A stretch of DNA of 37,543 nucleotides from a bacterium (GTDB lineage Bacteria; Krumholzibacteriota; Krumholzibacteriia; LZORAL124-64-63): contig JANOEP010000073.1 in the NCBI GenBank assembly GCA_031441465.1, forward strand, positions 1-37,543. The letters are read 5' to 3'. The notes beneath the pieces are model-generated. The model had not been told where the DNA came from. It searched no databases and saw only the letters and a program-made list of their open reading frames with translations. Made by a program: the position numbers and the translations under genes. Of this stretch, positions 24,843-37,543 are shown piece by piece; position 1 is the stretch's first letter, and every line of letters begins with the position of its first letter.

Positions 24843-24876
24843 GGTACGCCTCGCTTTCTCGTTGGTCACGCCGCGC

Positions 24877-25569
24877 TCACAGACGCCACAGGACGTGGCA
24901 CTGCACGCTCGCGCCTGTCAGGTTCACGTCGTGGCGGTGCCCGCTGCCGAACACTTCGCCGCCGGACGCCCCCCAGCCCATCGCGAAGCCGACGACGCGG
25001 CCGCCGTCGGCCGCACGCCACTCGGGTCCGAAGGTGAAGCGCAGGCCCGCGCCCCAGCCGTCGTAGTCCTCGTGGTCCGGGGATCCGGCGACGGCGGCGG
25101 CGGGCAGGCGCTCTCGCATCCACACCATTTCCGCCGACACGCCGAAGAGGACGCGCAGGCTCGGATGGGGGGAGATGTCGCTCTGCAGGCCGATCTGCAG
25201 GGGGATCGTCGTCAGTTCGGCCTCGTCGCCGCCCTCGAAGCCCGTGACGTCGTAGAAGGGGCTGCCCCGGGCGATTCCGTAACCGGCGGCCAGCACGAAA
25301 CGGGTGTCGTCGGCGAGGTCCGTGGCGGTCATCAGCCCCGGGATCGCCACGGTGCCGTAGGTCTCGTACATGGCCTGCTCGGCTAGGAACAGCCAACCGA
25401 AGGTGGGGCCGACCCTGATCTCCAGGGGCGCGGTGCTGCGGGCATGGACGGGAGCCGCGTCCGTACCGCCGATTTCCACGCCGGCGCGCGCGGTGGCGGC
25501 ACCTCCGACCAGCATCGCCAGGACGGCCAGGCGACGGCGCAGCGCGGCTTGGCAGGCGTTCGAGGTCAT
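24877..25569 (-). CDS. Hypothetical exported protein, probable small outer-membrane beta-barrel
   Basis: Signal peptide, alternating amphipathic beta-strands, and terminal strand VQCHVLWRL. Confidence 0.6.
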   Translation of the reverse strand: MTSNACQAALRRRLAVLAMLVGGAATARAGVEIGGTDAAPVHARSTAPLEIRVGPTFGWLFLAEQAMYETYGTVAIPGLMTATDLADDTRFVLAAGYGIARGSPFYDVTGFEGGDEAELTTIPLQIGLQSDISPHPSLRVLFGVSAEMVWMRERLPAAAVAGSPDHEDYDGWGAGLRFTFGPEWRAADGGRVVGFAMGWGASGGEVFGSGHRHDVNLTGASVQCHVLWRL

Positions 25570-25872
25570 GTCGCCTCGCTTGGGTAGAGAGTGCCAAGGG
25601 ACTGCCCGGGGGAGGGGCCGCCGATCCGGCGGCCGGCAGTCTGGCGGGGGTGCGGAGCCCCCGATCGCCGTGGAGCGTACCACCGCAGACTGAGGCGCGT
25701 CAACGGGTTCCGGGCCGGGTGCCGTCGGTTTGGCGGCGGATCCTTGCGTTTCGGCATGTTTCCTGCTATCGTCTGCGCCAGGGACTGGCCATCTCGGCCA
25801 GTCTTTTTTCGCAGTGACCAGGGACTCCCCGAATAGTCGTGGGAGCCTGAAGGTCCAGCAGGTTCAAGGGAA

Positions 25873-26157
25873 GTGACCAGTTTGAAGAAGATCTACGTCG
25901 GCAACCTCAGTTTCAACCTCACCGATCAGGACCTCATGAAGGTCTACTCCGAATTCGGCGAGGTCAGCAGCGCGACCGTCATCATGGACCGCGACACCGG
26001 CCGCTCCCGCGGCTTCGGCTTCGTGGAGATGTCCGATGACACCGCGGCCACGACCGCCATCGAGAAGACCAACGGCATGGACGTTGACGGCCGCCCGCTG
26101 AACGTCAACGAGGCCCGTCCTCGCGAGCCCCGCTCCAACGATCGGCCCCGCTGGTAG
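25873..26157 (+). CDS. RRM RNA-binding protein (second paralog)
   Basis: KKIYVGNLSF, DRDTGRSRGFGFVEM, GRPLNVNEARPR. Confidence 0.95.
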   Translation: MTSLKKIYVGNLSFNLTDQDLMKVYSEFGEVSSATVIMDRDTGRSRGFGFVEMSDDTAATTAIEKTNGMDVDGRPLNVNEARPREPRSNDRPRW

Positions 26158-26227
26158 GACGGTGACCGGCCGCGGCGGGATCGCCGTGAGATCCGGGTTG
26201 CCTACATCGTGACTTTTCGTGACGCAC

Positions 26228-26260
26228 GGGCCCCGTCCTCTCCGGAGGGCGGGGCTCTTG
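26228..26260 (+). terminator. Hairpin/terminator after the RRM gene
   Basis: GGGCCCCGTCCTC-TCCG-GAGGGCGGGGCTC then TTG (weak U-tract). Confidence 0.5.
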
Positions 26261-26274
26261 CAATGGGAGCCTGA

Positions 26275-27947
26275 ATGTTCCGCCCGAGCCTCTTCGTGGA
26301 GTTGCGCCACTACACGCCGGCCCGCCTCGTCGCCGACCTCACCGCCGGCGTGGTGGTCGGAGTGGTGGCGCTGCCGCTGTCCATCGCCTTCGCCATCGCC
26401 TCGGGCGTCTCGCCGGAGAAGGGCCTGGTCACCGCGGTCGTCGCCGGGTTCCTGGTGTCGGCCCTCGGCGGCAGCCGCCACCAGATCGGCGGCCCGACCG
26501 GCGCCTTCATCGTCATCGTCGCGGGCATCCACGCCCAGTACGGCCTCGCGGGTCTGACGACCGCCACGCTCATGGCCGGCATCATCCTGGTGGTGATGGG
26601 CTTCGCGCGGTTCGGCTCGGTGCTCAAGTTCATCCCCTACCCGGTCATCGTCGGGTTCACCGGCGGCATCGCGCTGATCATCCTGGCGTCCCAGGTCAAG
26701 GACTTCTTCGGACTGCAGATGGGCGACGTGCCGCAGGGTTTCCTGGCCAAGTGGCTCGAGTATGCGCGGCACCTGCGCACGATCAACCCCTACGCGATCG
26801 GCGTCGCCACCCTGTCTGTCGCGGTCATGGTGTTCTGGCCGCGGGTGACGCACCGGCTGCCCGGATCGGTCGTCGCGCTGGCGCTCGGCACGGCCGTGGT
26901 GGCCGTGTTCCGCCTGCCGGTCGAGACGATCGGCGGCCGCTTCGGGGAGATCCCCAGCTCGCTGCCCCTGCCCGTGATGCCGGTCTTCGACCCGGCCACG
27001 ATCAAGGCGCTGGTCCGGCCCGCCACGACGATCGCCATCCTGGCGGCCATCGAGTCGCTGCTGTCGGCGGTCGTGGCCGACGGCATGACCGGCGACCGTC
27101 ACGATTCGGACACCGAACTCATCGCCCAGGGCGCCGCCAACATCGTGGTGCCCTTCTTCGGCGGGATCCCCGCCACCGGCGCCATCGCGCGCACCGCCAC
27201 GAACATCCGCAACGGCGCCACGAGCCCCGTCGCGGGCATCGTCCACGCGCTGACGCTGCTGCTGGTGATGCTGTTCTTCGGGAAATGGGCCGGGCTGATC
27301 CCGATGCCGGTGCTGGCGGCCGTTCTGGTCCTGGTGGCATACAACATGAGCGAGCTGCGCTCGTTCGCGGCGATCATGCGCGGGCCCCGCAGCGATGTCG
27401 TCGTCATGGCGACCACCTTCGGCCTCACGGTGGTGTTCGACTTGACGGTGGCCATCGAGGTCGGCATGATGCTGGCCGCCTTCCTGTTCATGCACCGCAT
27501 GGCGGCCGTCAGCAACGTCAAGGTGCTGACCCGCGAATTCACGCACGACGCGGACGGCGGCGAGGACCCCGGCGCGGTCGCCCGGCGCGAGATCCCCGAC
27601 GGCGTGGAGGTCTACGAGGTCAGCGGCTCGTTCTTCTTCGGCGCCGCCACCAAGTTCAAGGAAGCCATGCGCCAGGTGGAGAAGCCGCCGCGCGTGCAGA
27701 TCGTGCGCCTGCGCAACGTCTACGCCCCGGACTCCACCGGGATCCACCTGCTGGAGGAGATGCTCTACAACGCGCGGCGCCACGGCACCTCGCTGATCCT
27801 GGCCGGCCTGCACTCGCAGCCCGTGCAGGCCCTGCAGCACTCCGGTTTCCTGAAGGAAGTGGGGCAGGACAACCTCTGCGACGGCATCGACGGCGCCCTG
27901 ACGCGGGCGCGCGAGATCCTCGCCAACGAAGACCCGGGAGAAGCCTG

Positions 27948-27948
<1 letters not shown>
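26275..27948 (+). CDS. SulP family anion permease with STAS domain
   Basis: [57 protein letters not shown]-terminal STAS domain. Confidence 0.95.
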
Positions 27949-29762
<1,814 letters not shown>

Positions 29763-29775
29763 TCAGCCTTCGCAC

Positions 29776-29908
29776 AGGCATATCCACCCGCTCCGTCGGG
29801 GGACGCGCGCCGGACACCTCCTGTGTCCGGCGCGCTTGGCTTTCGGCTGCCTGCGCCCTCCTGGCGCAGGCAGCCTGCAGACACCCCCGACAGGGCGGGT
29901 GCATGTCT
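29776..29908. repeat. Y-shaped (three-way junction) palindromic element with twin CTCCT/AGGAG loops
   Basis: Two perfect 13-bp hairpins (29805-29835, 29845-29875) with identical CTCCT loops, enclosed by an 18-bp outer stem (29785-29802 with 29884-29901). Confidence 0.7.
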
Positions 29909-29924
29909 CCTGGACGATGGTGTG

Positions 29925-32789
<2,865 letters not shown>

Positions 32790-33006
32790 GGGAGAACCTC
32801 TTCTTGGCACGAATGCGGGTGACGGGGTCGTTCCTGATTCTATTCCGGGTCCGGGACGGGCAGCTCCGGCACGGGGACGGCGAGTTGGCGCCGTGACCGA
32901 GCTGCCTGCTGTTCCTGACCTGGTCTGGACGTGTTCTTGATGCCGGGATGTCTTGGAAGTGCCGTTACAGGACCCGTTTCCGCTCTTGGACATCCGTGTG
33001 GCGGAC

Positions 33007-33022
33007 CCCCAATATCTTGGGG
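33007..33022. promoter_or_regulatory. NrdR box upstream of nrdJ
   Basis: CCCCAATATCTTGGGG fits the 16-bp NrdR consensus (acaCwAtATaTwGtgt). Just downstream of a plausible minus-strand promoter TTGGCG-18-TAAGGT (33060-33031). Confidence 0.65.
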
Positions 33023-33340
33023 GAGGCCCTACCTTAGGGCACTACCGGTGGCACCGCCAAACAGGAATTTTCCCCACTCGCCCCTCGATAATTCCGAGCT
33101 TGGCGTACCCCATTTCCGGCGGGGCCGGCAGGGCCGGATTCGCGCCGATCCGGTGCCCGGAGGCCCTGGTCTCGCCACCGATCCGAGTGTGAAAAAAAGA
33201 TGAAGACCGTGCCGCGATCGGCCCTGCGGGAAGGCTCGGCCTTCTTGACAACGCCACCCCGAATGGCGCAACCACATTATTGGAAATGGCTTGAGAAATC
33301 GGTGCGCCGGAAGCGAAAGCACGGGCGGGGCGACGGGCGG

Positions 33341-33757
33341 TCAGGTACCGCCCAAGGCCGCGCGCGCTTCCAGGACGATGCCCCGGATCTCGTCGCGAGC
33401 CCGGGCAAACGCCGCGCTCAGCTCGGCGTCGCCACCTTTCAAACCCATCGGATCGACGATCGGACGGCGCCAGTGCCGTTCGGGGTGGGCCAGTCGGGGC
33501 AGGAATTGACCGGATTCACGGCTGAGGGTGACCACGAGATCGAAATCATCCAGATCGAAGCCGTCGAGGGGCTTGCTGCGTTGCCCCTCCATGGCGAGCC
33601 CGGCCTCGGCCATCGCCGCCCGGGTGTGGTCGGTGATGGGGAACGTGATCAGCCCGGCGCTGGAGACCTGCCAGTCGCCGGGGAAAAGGCTGCGGGCCCA
33701 GGCCTCGGCCATCTGGCTGCGGCAGGAATTGGCGGTGCACATGAACAGGACCTTCAC
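33341..33757 (-). CDS. LMW-PTP fold arsenate reductase-like protein
   Basis: VLFMCTANSCRSQMAEAW P-loop, SAG, QRSK, HW...DP, RDEI. GTGA overlap with the EamA stop. Confidence 0.85.
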   Translation of the reverse strand: MKVLFMCTANSCRSQMAEAWARSLFPGDWQVSSAGLITFPITDHTRAAMAEAGLAMEGQRSKPLDGFDLDDFDLVVTLSRESGQFLPRLAHPERHWRRPIVDPMGLKGGDAELSAAFARARDEIRGIVLEARAALGGT

Positions 33758-34686
33758 GAGTGGGCCTCCGTCGTGGTGGGCGCGGTGGTGTCCTTCAGTT
33801 CGATCAGCAGCACGGCACCGAGGATGAGCGCGGCTCCCGCCAGGCTCCAGCCCGTCAGGCGCTCGCCCAGCAGGAACCAGGCGAACACCGCGGCGAAGAC
33901 GGGCTCCGCCGCGAAGATCAGCGCCGCGCGGGTGGCCGTCGTCCGTCCCTGGTAGCGGTTCTGCAGGTAGAGCGCCAGCAGCGTCGACAGCAGGGTCGTG
34001 ACCACCAGGGCCGCCGCCAGGTGTGGGTGCCATCGCCAGACCCTCGTCTCGACCGTCGCGGCCAGCAGCACGTTCCAGGCGGCGCAGACGGCCACGGTCC
34101 AGAACAGCAGCGGCAGGTAGGGCACACGCTTGAGCGCCGCGCTCAACCGTTCCAGGTAGACGGCGTAGGCCACGGCGGTGCCCAGCGTCCAGAGATCTCC
34201 GGTCCCGGCGCGGCCCAGGTCCGGGCGGGTCAGTAGCGCCAAGCCCAGCAACGCGAGCCCCAGCCCGGCCAGGACCGGCCGGCCGGGCTTCTCGCCGTGG
34301 ACCAGGAACACCAGCACGGGCACCAGCACGACGCTCAGGGCGGTCAGGAAGGCGCTGTTGTCGGCGCTGGTGGTGGTCAGGCCGATGGTCTGGGTCGTGT
34401 AGCCGGCGGCGATGAGGGTGCCCATCAGCAGACCCCACATCAGGGTCGGCCGGTCGCCCAAGTACCGGTAGCCGCGCCGTCGCACCGCGGCCGGCTCGCC
34501 GCGCATCAGCCAGGGCCAGAGCGCCAGCAACAGCAGTGTCGCCGCCGTGAAACGGACGGCGACGAACAGTGCGGGCGAGGCGTAGAGGGTCGCCGTCTTG
34601 ATCGCCGCGAACGACACGCCCCAACAGACGGTCACCGCCAGCAGCATCAGGTCGGCGGTGCGGGAAGGCGACCGCGCGAAGGCCAT
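33754..34686 (-). CDS. DMT/EamA family transporter
   Basis: CWGVSF, RF, QTIGL.TT.A.NSAFLT, ATRAALIFAAEPVFAAVFAWFLLGE. About 10 TM segments. Confidence 0.92.
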   Translation of the reverse strand: MAFARSPSRTADLMLLAVTVCWGVSFAAIKTATLYASPALFVAVRFTAATLLLLALWPWLMRGEPAAVRRRGYRYLGDRPTLMWGLLMGTLIAAGYTTQTIGLTTTSADNSAFLTALSVVLVPVLVFLVHGEKPGRPVLAGLGLALLGLALLTRPDLGRAGTGDLWTLGTAVAYAVYLERLSAALKRVPYLPLLFWTVAVCAAWNVLLAATVETRVWRWHPHLAAALVVTTLLSTLLALYLQNRYQGRTTATRAALIFAAEPVFAAVFAWFLLGERLTGWSLAGAALILGAVLLIELKDTTAPTTTEAHS

Positions 34687-34687
34687 G

Positions 34688-35542
34688 TCAGGCGCTCCGC
34701 GGCGCCGGGGCGGAGGCGGCGCTCAGGGCGAGCCGGGCCGTCGCGGCCCCCTGGGCGATGATCTCGTGGGTGAGCCGGAAATCCTCGATGTTCACGTCGG
34801 GCATCGGCGGCGCGATCAGCAGGTCGGGCGGCAGATCGGCGAGTTGGCGGCGGCAGACCTCGGTCTGCAGGATGTCGACCGCCTTGAGCAGGATGTCCGC
34901 GGCCAGGTAGCGGCGGCGGAAGGTGAGCGCCTCCCAGAACCGGCTCCAGTCGAGCGTGTTGGGCGTCTGGCTCGAGACCACGGGCCGGTTCAGCGGCGGC
35001 TGGAAATCGCAGGCCACCACATAGTCCACCGTGCCGGCCGGCAGGCAACCCACCGGGACGGTGCTCTTCAGACCCCCGTCCACCAGGTGTCGGCCGTCGC
35101 GCTCCACCGGCACGAAGGCGCCCGGGAAGGCGCACGTGGCGCGCACCGCCGAGACGAGATCCCCCCGATCGAGGCGGACCAGCTCGCCGGTGTCGATGTC
35201 GGTGGCCGTGCAGACCAGGGGGAAGTCCAGGTCCTCGAAGCGGGCCGGCAGATGATCCGACAGCCAGCGTTGGAAGCGCTGGCCCCGCATGATGCCGCCG
35301 GCGCCGGCGAAATCCAGGACTTCGCGCCAGCGCGTGCTCGTCGCCAGGGCGGACATCTCCGCCATGGTGAAGCCCGCCGCCCAGAAGGCGCCGACCAGCG
35401 CGCCCATCGACGTGCCGGCCACCACGGCGGGCTTCAGACCCGCCCCGACCAGCACGTCCAGGATGCCGATGGCGGCCACGCCGCGGGCGCCCCCGCCGCC
35501 CAGCACGACACCGATGCGCAGATCCTCGGGAAAGCGTTCCAT
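34688..35542 (-). CDS. Patatin-like phospholipase
   Basis: LGGGGARG, GTSMG, DGG motifs. ATG at 35542. Confidence 0.92.
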   Translation of the reverse strand: MERFPEDLRIGVVLGGGGARGVAAIGILDVLVGAGLKPAVVAGTSMGALVGAFWAAGFTMAEMSALATSTRWREVLDFAGAGGIMRGQRFQRWLSDHLPARFEDLDFPLVCTATDIDTGELVRLDRGDLVSAVRATCAFPGAFVPVERDGRHLVDGGLKSTVPVGCLPAGTVDYVVACDFQPPLNRPVVSSQTPNTLDWSRFWEALTFRRRYLAADILLKAVDILQTEVCRRQLADLPPDLLIAPPMPDVNIEDFRLTHEIIAQGAATARLALSAASAPAPRSA

Positions 35543-35549
35543 CGTCGCC

Positions 35550-36065
35550 TCACTCCCCGGAATCGGGACCGTGGTCGGGGTCGAGATCCAGCAAGGCGTC
35601 GCCCATTGCCAGGATGCGGCCGGCTTCGACATGGACGCGCGCCACGCGCCCGGCGAAGGGCGCCGCGACCTCGGTCTCCATCTTCATCGCCTCGAGAATG
35701 ACCAGCGGTTGCCCCGCCGTCACGACGTCCCCCTCGGCCACCAGCAGCTTCACGACCTTGCCCGGCAGCTGCGCCCGCAGGTGCGGGCCCGCATCGACGG
35801 GATCCTCCTCGAGGTCGCCGCGGTCCTCGTCGGCCAGCTTCAGCACGAGGGTCCGGCCGTCGACGGCGACGTGGCGCTCGGCGCCGCAGGCCGCGACGTG
35901 CGCGCGGTGCTGCACGCCTGCGAGCACGAAACCGACGACGCCGTCGCGGACGATCACTCCCGACACGTCCAGTTCGCGACCGTCCACCGCGACGAGCCAG
36001 ACGCCGTCGCGCTCACGGACCGTGACCACGCGATGCCCCTGCGGCGTGCGGAATTCCAGGTGCAT
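35550..36065 (-). CDS. Biotin carboxyl carrier protein subunit of an acyl-CoA carboxylase
   Basis: PGKVVKLLVAEGD..GQPLVILEAMKME biotinylation motif. Confidence 0.92.
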   Translation of the reverse strand: MHLEFRTPQGHRVVTVRERDGVWLVAVDGRELDVSGVIVRDGVVGFVLAGVQHRAHVAACGAERHVAVDGRTLVLKLADEDRGDLEEDPVDAGPHLRAQLPGKVVKLLVAEGDVVTAGQPLVILEAMKMETEVAAPFAGRVARVHVEAGRILAMGDALLDLDPDHGPDSGE

Positions 36066-36067
36066 GG

Positions 36068-37543
36068 TCAACCCAATCCCTTCAGCCGGAAACGGCCGAC
36101 CACGGGTCCGGCCGCCGCGGCGCGGGGCGCGCCGTCCACGGCCGCCCGGACGTTCGCCGCCCCCCCCGCCACCTCGTTGAGCGCGACGGCGACCAGTGCG
36201 GCCACTTCGCTATCCTCGGCGTCGGCGCTGGCCTCGTTGCCGGTAAAATGCTCCTGCAGGAATCCGGTGTGCGTGTCCCCGGCGGCGAAGGCCGGGTGCG
36301 CCAGCACCGCGTCGAGGTAGGCCGCGTTGGTCGTGATCCCGAGCACGACGTAGTCGCGCAGGGCCGCGCGCAGGCGCGCGATCGCCGCGCCGCGATCCTC
36401 GGCGTGGACCGAGAGCTTCGCGATCATCGGGTCGTAGTGCAGCGTGATCTCGTCACCCTCGACGACGCCCGCGTCGACGCGCACGCCGGGCCCCGCGGGT
36501 TCGCGGTAGCGCAACAGCCGTCCCAGCGACGGCAGGAAGCCGTGCGCGGGATCCTCGGCGTAGAGGCGGCATTCCAGGGCGTGGCCGCGCGGCGCCAGGT
36601 CGGCGTCGGACCACGGCAACGGCGCGCCCGCGGCCACCAGGATCTGCGCCCGCACCAGGTCCAGGCCCGTCACCCACTCGGTGACCGGGTGCTCGACCTG
36701 CAGGCGGGTGTTCATCTCCAGGAAATAGAATTCCCCCTCGGGGGTCAGCAGGAACTCGACGGTGCCGGCCCCGACATAGCCCGCGGCGCGGGCGGCCGCC
36801 ACCGCGGCTTCCCCCATGCGCCGTCGCAGCCCGTCGTCCAAGGCCGTCGACGGCGTCTCCTCGACGATCTTCTGGTGACGACGCTGGATCGAGCACTCGC
36901 GCTCGCCCAGGTGCACCACGCGGCCGTGCCGGTCGGCGAAGATCTGGAACTCGACATGACGGGGCCGCTGCAGGCAGTGCTCGAGGTAGACCGTGCCGTC
37001 GCCGAAGGCGCCGGTCGCTTCGCGCACCGCGGCCTCGGCGGCCGCCACGGGATCCTGGCCGGCTTCGACCAGGCGCATGCCCTTACCGCCGCCGCCGAAC
37101 GCGGCTTTGACCAGCAGCGGGTAGCCCACCGCAGACGCCGCCTTGCGCACCGCGGTCGCGTCGAGGGCGCCGTCGGGGCCGGGCGGCGGCAGCAAGGCGC
37201 CCGGCACGACGGGCACACCGGCCGCGGCCATGATGCGGCGCGCCGCCGTCTTCTCGCCCATCGAGGTGATGACCTCCGGCGGGGGCCCGATGAACACCAG
37301 CCCCGCCTCGGCGCAGGCGCGGGCGAAAGCGGCGTTCTCGGCCAGGAACCCGTAACCGGGATGGACCGCCTCGGCACCCGTGGCCAGGGCCGCCGCGACG
37401 ATCAGATCCTGGCGCAGGTACGACGCGTTCGGAGGCGGCGGTCCGAGCAGCACGACCTGGTCGGCCATGCGGGCGTGGGGGGCCGCGAGGTCGGCCTCGC
37501 TCGCGACGGCGACCGTGGCGATGCCCATCTCGCGGCAGGTGCG
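36068..37543 (-). CDS. Biotin carboxylase subunit of an acyl-CoA carboxylase (5'-partial)
   Basis: HPGYGFLAEN, GGGGKGMR, RHVEFQ, ERECSIQRRHQK, FLEMNTRLQVEHPVTE, YDPMIAKL. The frame runs off the window end. Confidence 0.95.
   Translation of the reverse strand, partial: RTCREMGIATVAVASEADLAAPHARMADQVVLLGPPPPNASYLRQDLIVAAALATGAEAVHPGYGFLAENAAFARACAEAGLVFIGPPPEVITSMGEKTAARRIMAAAGVPVVPGALLPPPGPDGALDATAVRKAASAVGYPLLVKAAFGGGGKGMRLVEAGQDPVAAAEAAVREATGAFGDGTVYLEHCLQRPRHVEFQIFADRHGRVVHLGERECSIQRRHQKIVEETPSTALDDGLRRRMGEAAVAAARAAGYVGAGTVEFLLTPEGEFYFLEMNTRLQVEHPVTEWVTGLDLVRAQILVAAGAPLPWSDADLAPRGHALECRLYAEDPAHGFLPSLGRLLRYREPAGPGVRVDAGVVEGDEITLHYDPMIAKLSVHAEDRGAAIARLRAALRDYVVLGITTNAAYLDAVLAHPAFAAGDTHTGFLQEHFTGNEASADAEDSEVAALVAVALNEVAGGAANVRAAVDGAPRAAAAGPVVGRFRLKGLG

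Noticed and set aside
32790..33340. Cobalamin riboswitch or second NrdR box upstream of nrdJ
   Set aside because: No recognisable B12-box. The CCACATTATTGG site near 33272 is only a weak NrdR match.

Overview
High-GC bacterial DNA (roughly 70% by eye). Six secreted proteins end in a FlgD-Ig/T9SS-like C-terminal domain, a pattern suggesting an FCB-group lineage such as Latescibacterota/Krumholzibacteriota (inference). The first ~385 bp are AT-rich and Bacteroidota-like (DUF349-type gene end plus a PAS gene start) and look like a chimeric junction. Other content: an XRE regulator with a membrane protein, a lipoprotein, dienelactone hydrolase, TerC, a sulfatase, an acpS-acsA-ACP-kbl operon, CapA/PKD and GEVED proteins, two RRM proteins, a PflX-like radical SAM protein, endonuclease I, DUF2330, SulP, typA, class II RNR (nrdJ, with an NrdR box) and a biotin carboxylase-BCCP-patatin-EamA-ArsC-like operon. 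The top finding is that two apparent ORFs (3539-4228 and 4373-5752) are one continuous frame interrupted by two in-frame UGA codons (TGA-GAA-TAC-AGC-TGA, U-E-Y-S-U) followed by SECIS-like hairpins. This suggests a secreted 737-aa di-selenoprotein. Also notable are a ~260-nt minus-strand sRNA/sORF unit with a 14-nt complement to the 16S 3' end, a Y-shaped element with twin AGGAG/CUCCU loops, and an in-frame amber codon in another FlgD-tailed gene. All calls are from reading the sequence only; no searches were run.
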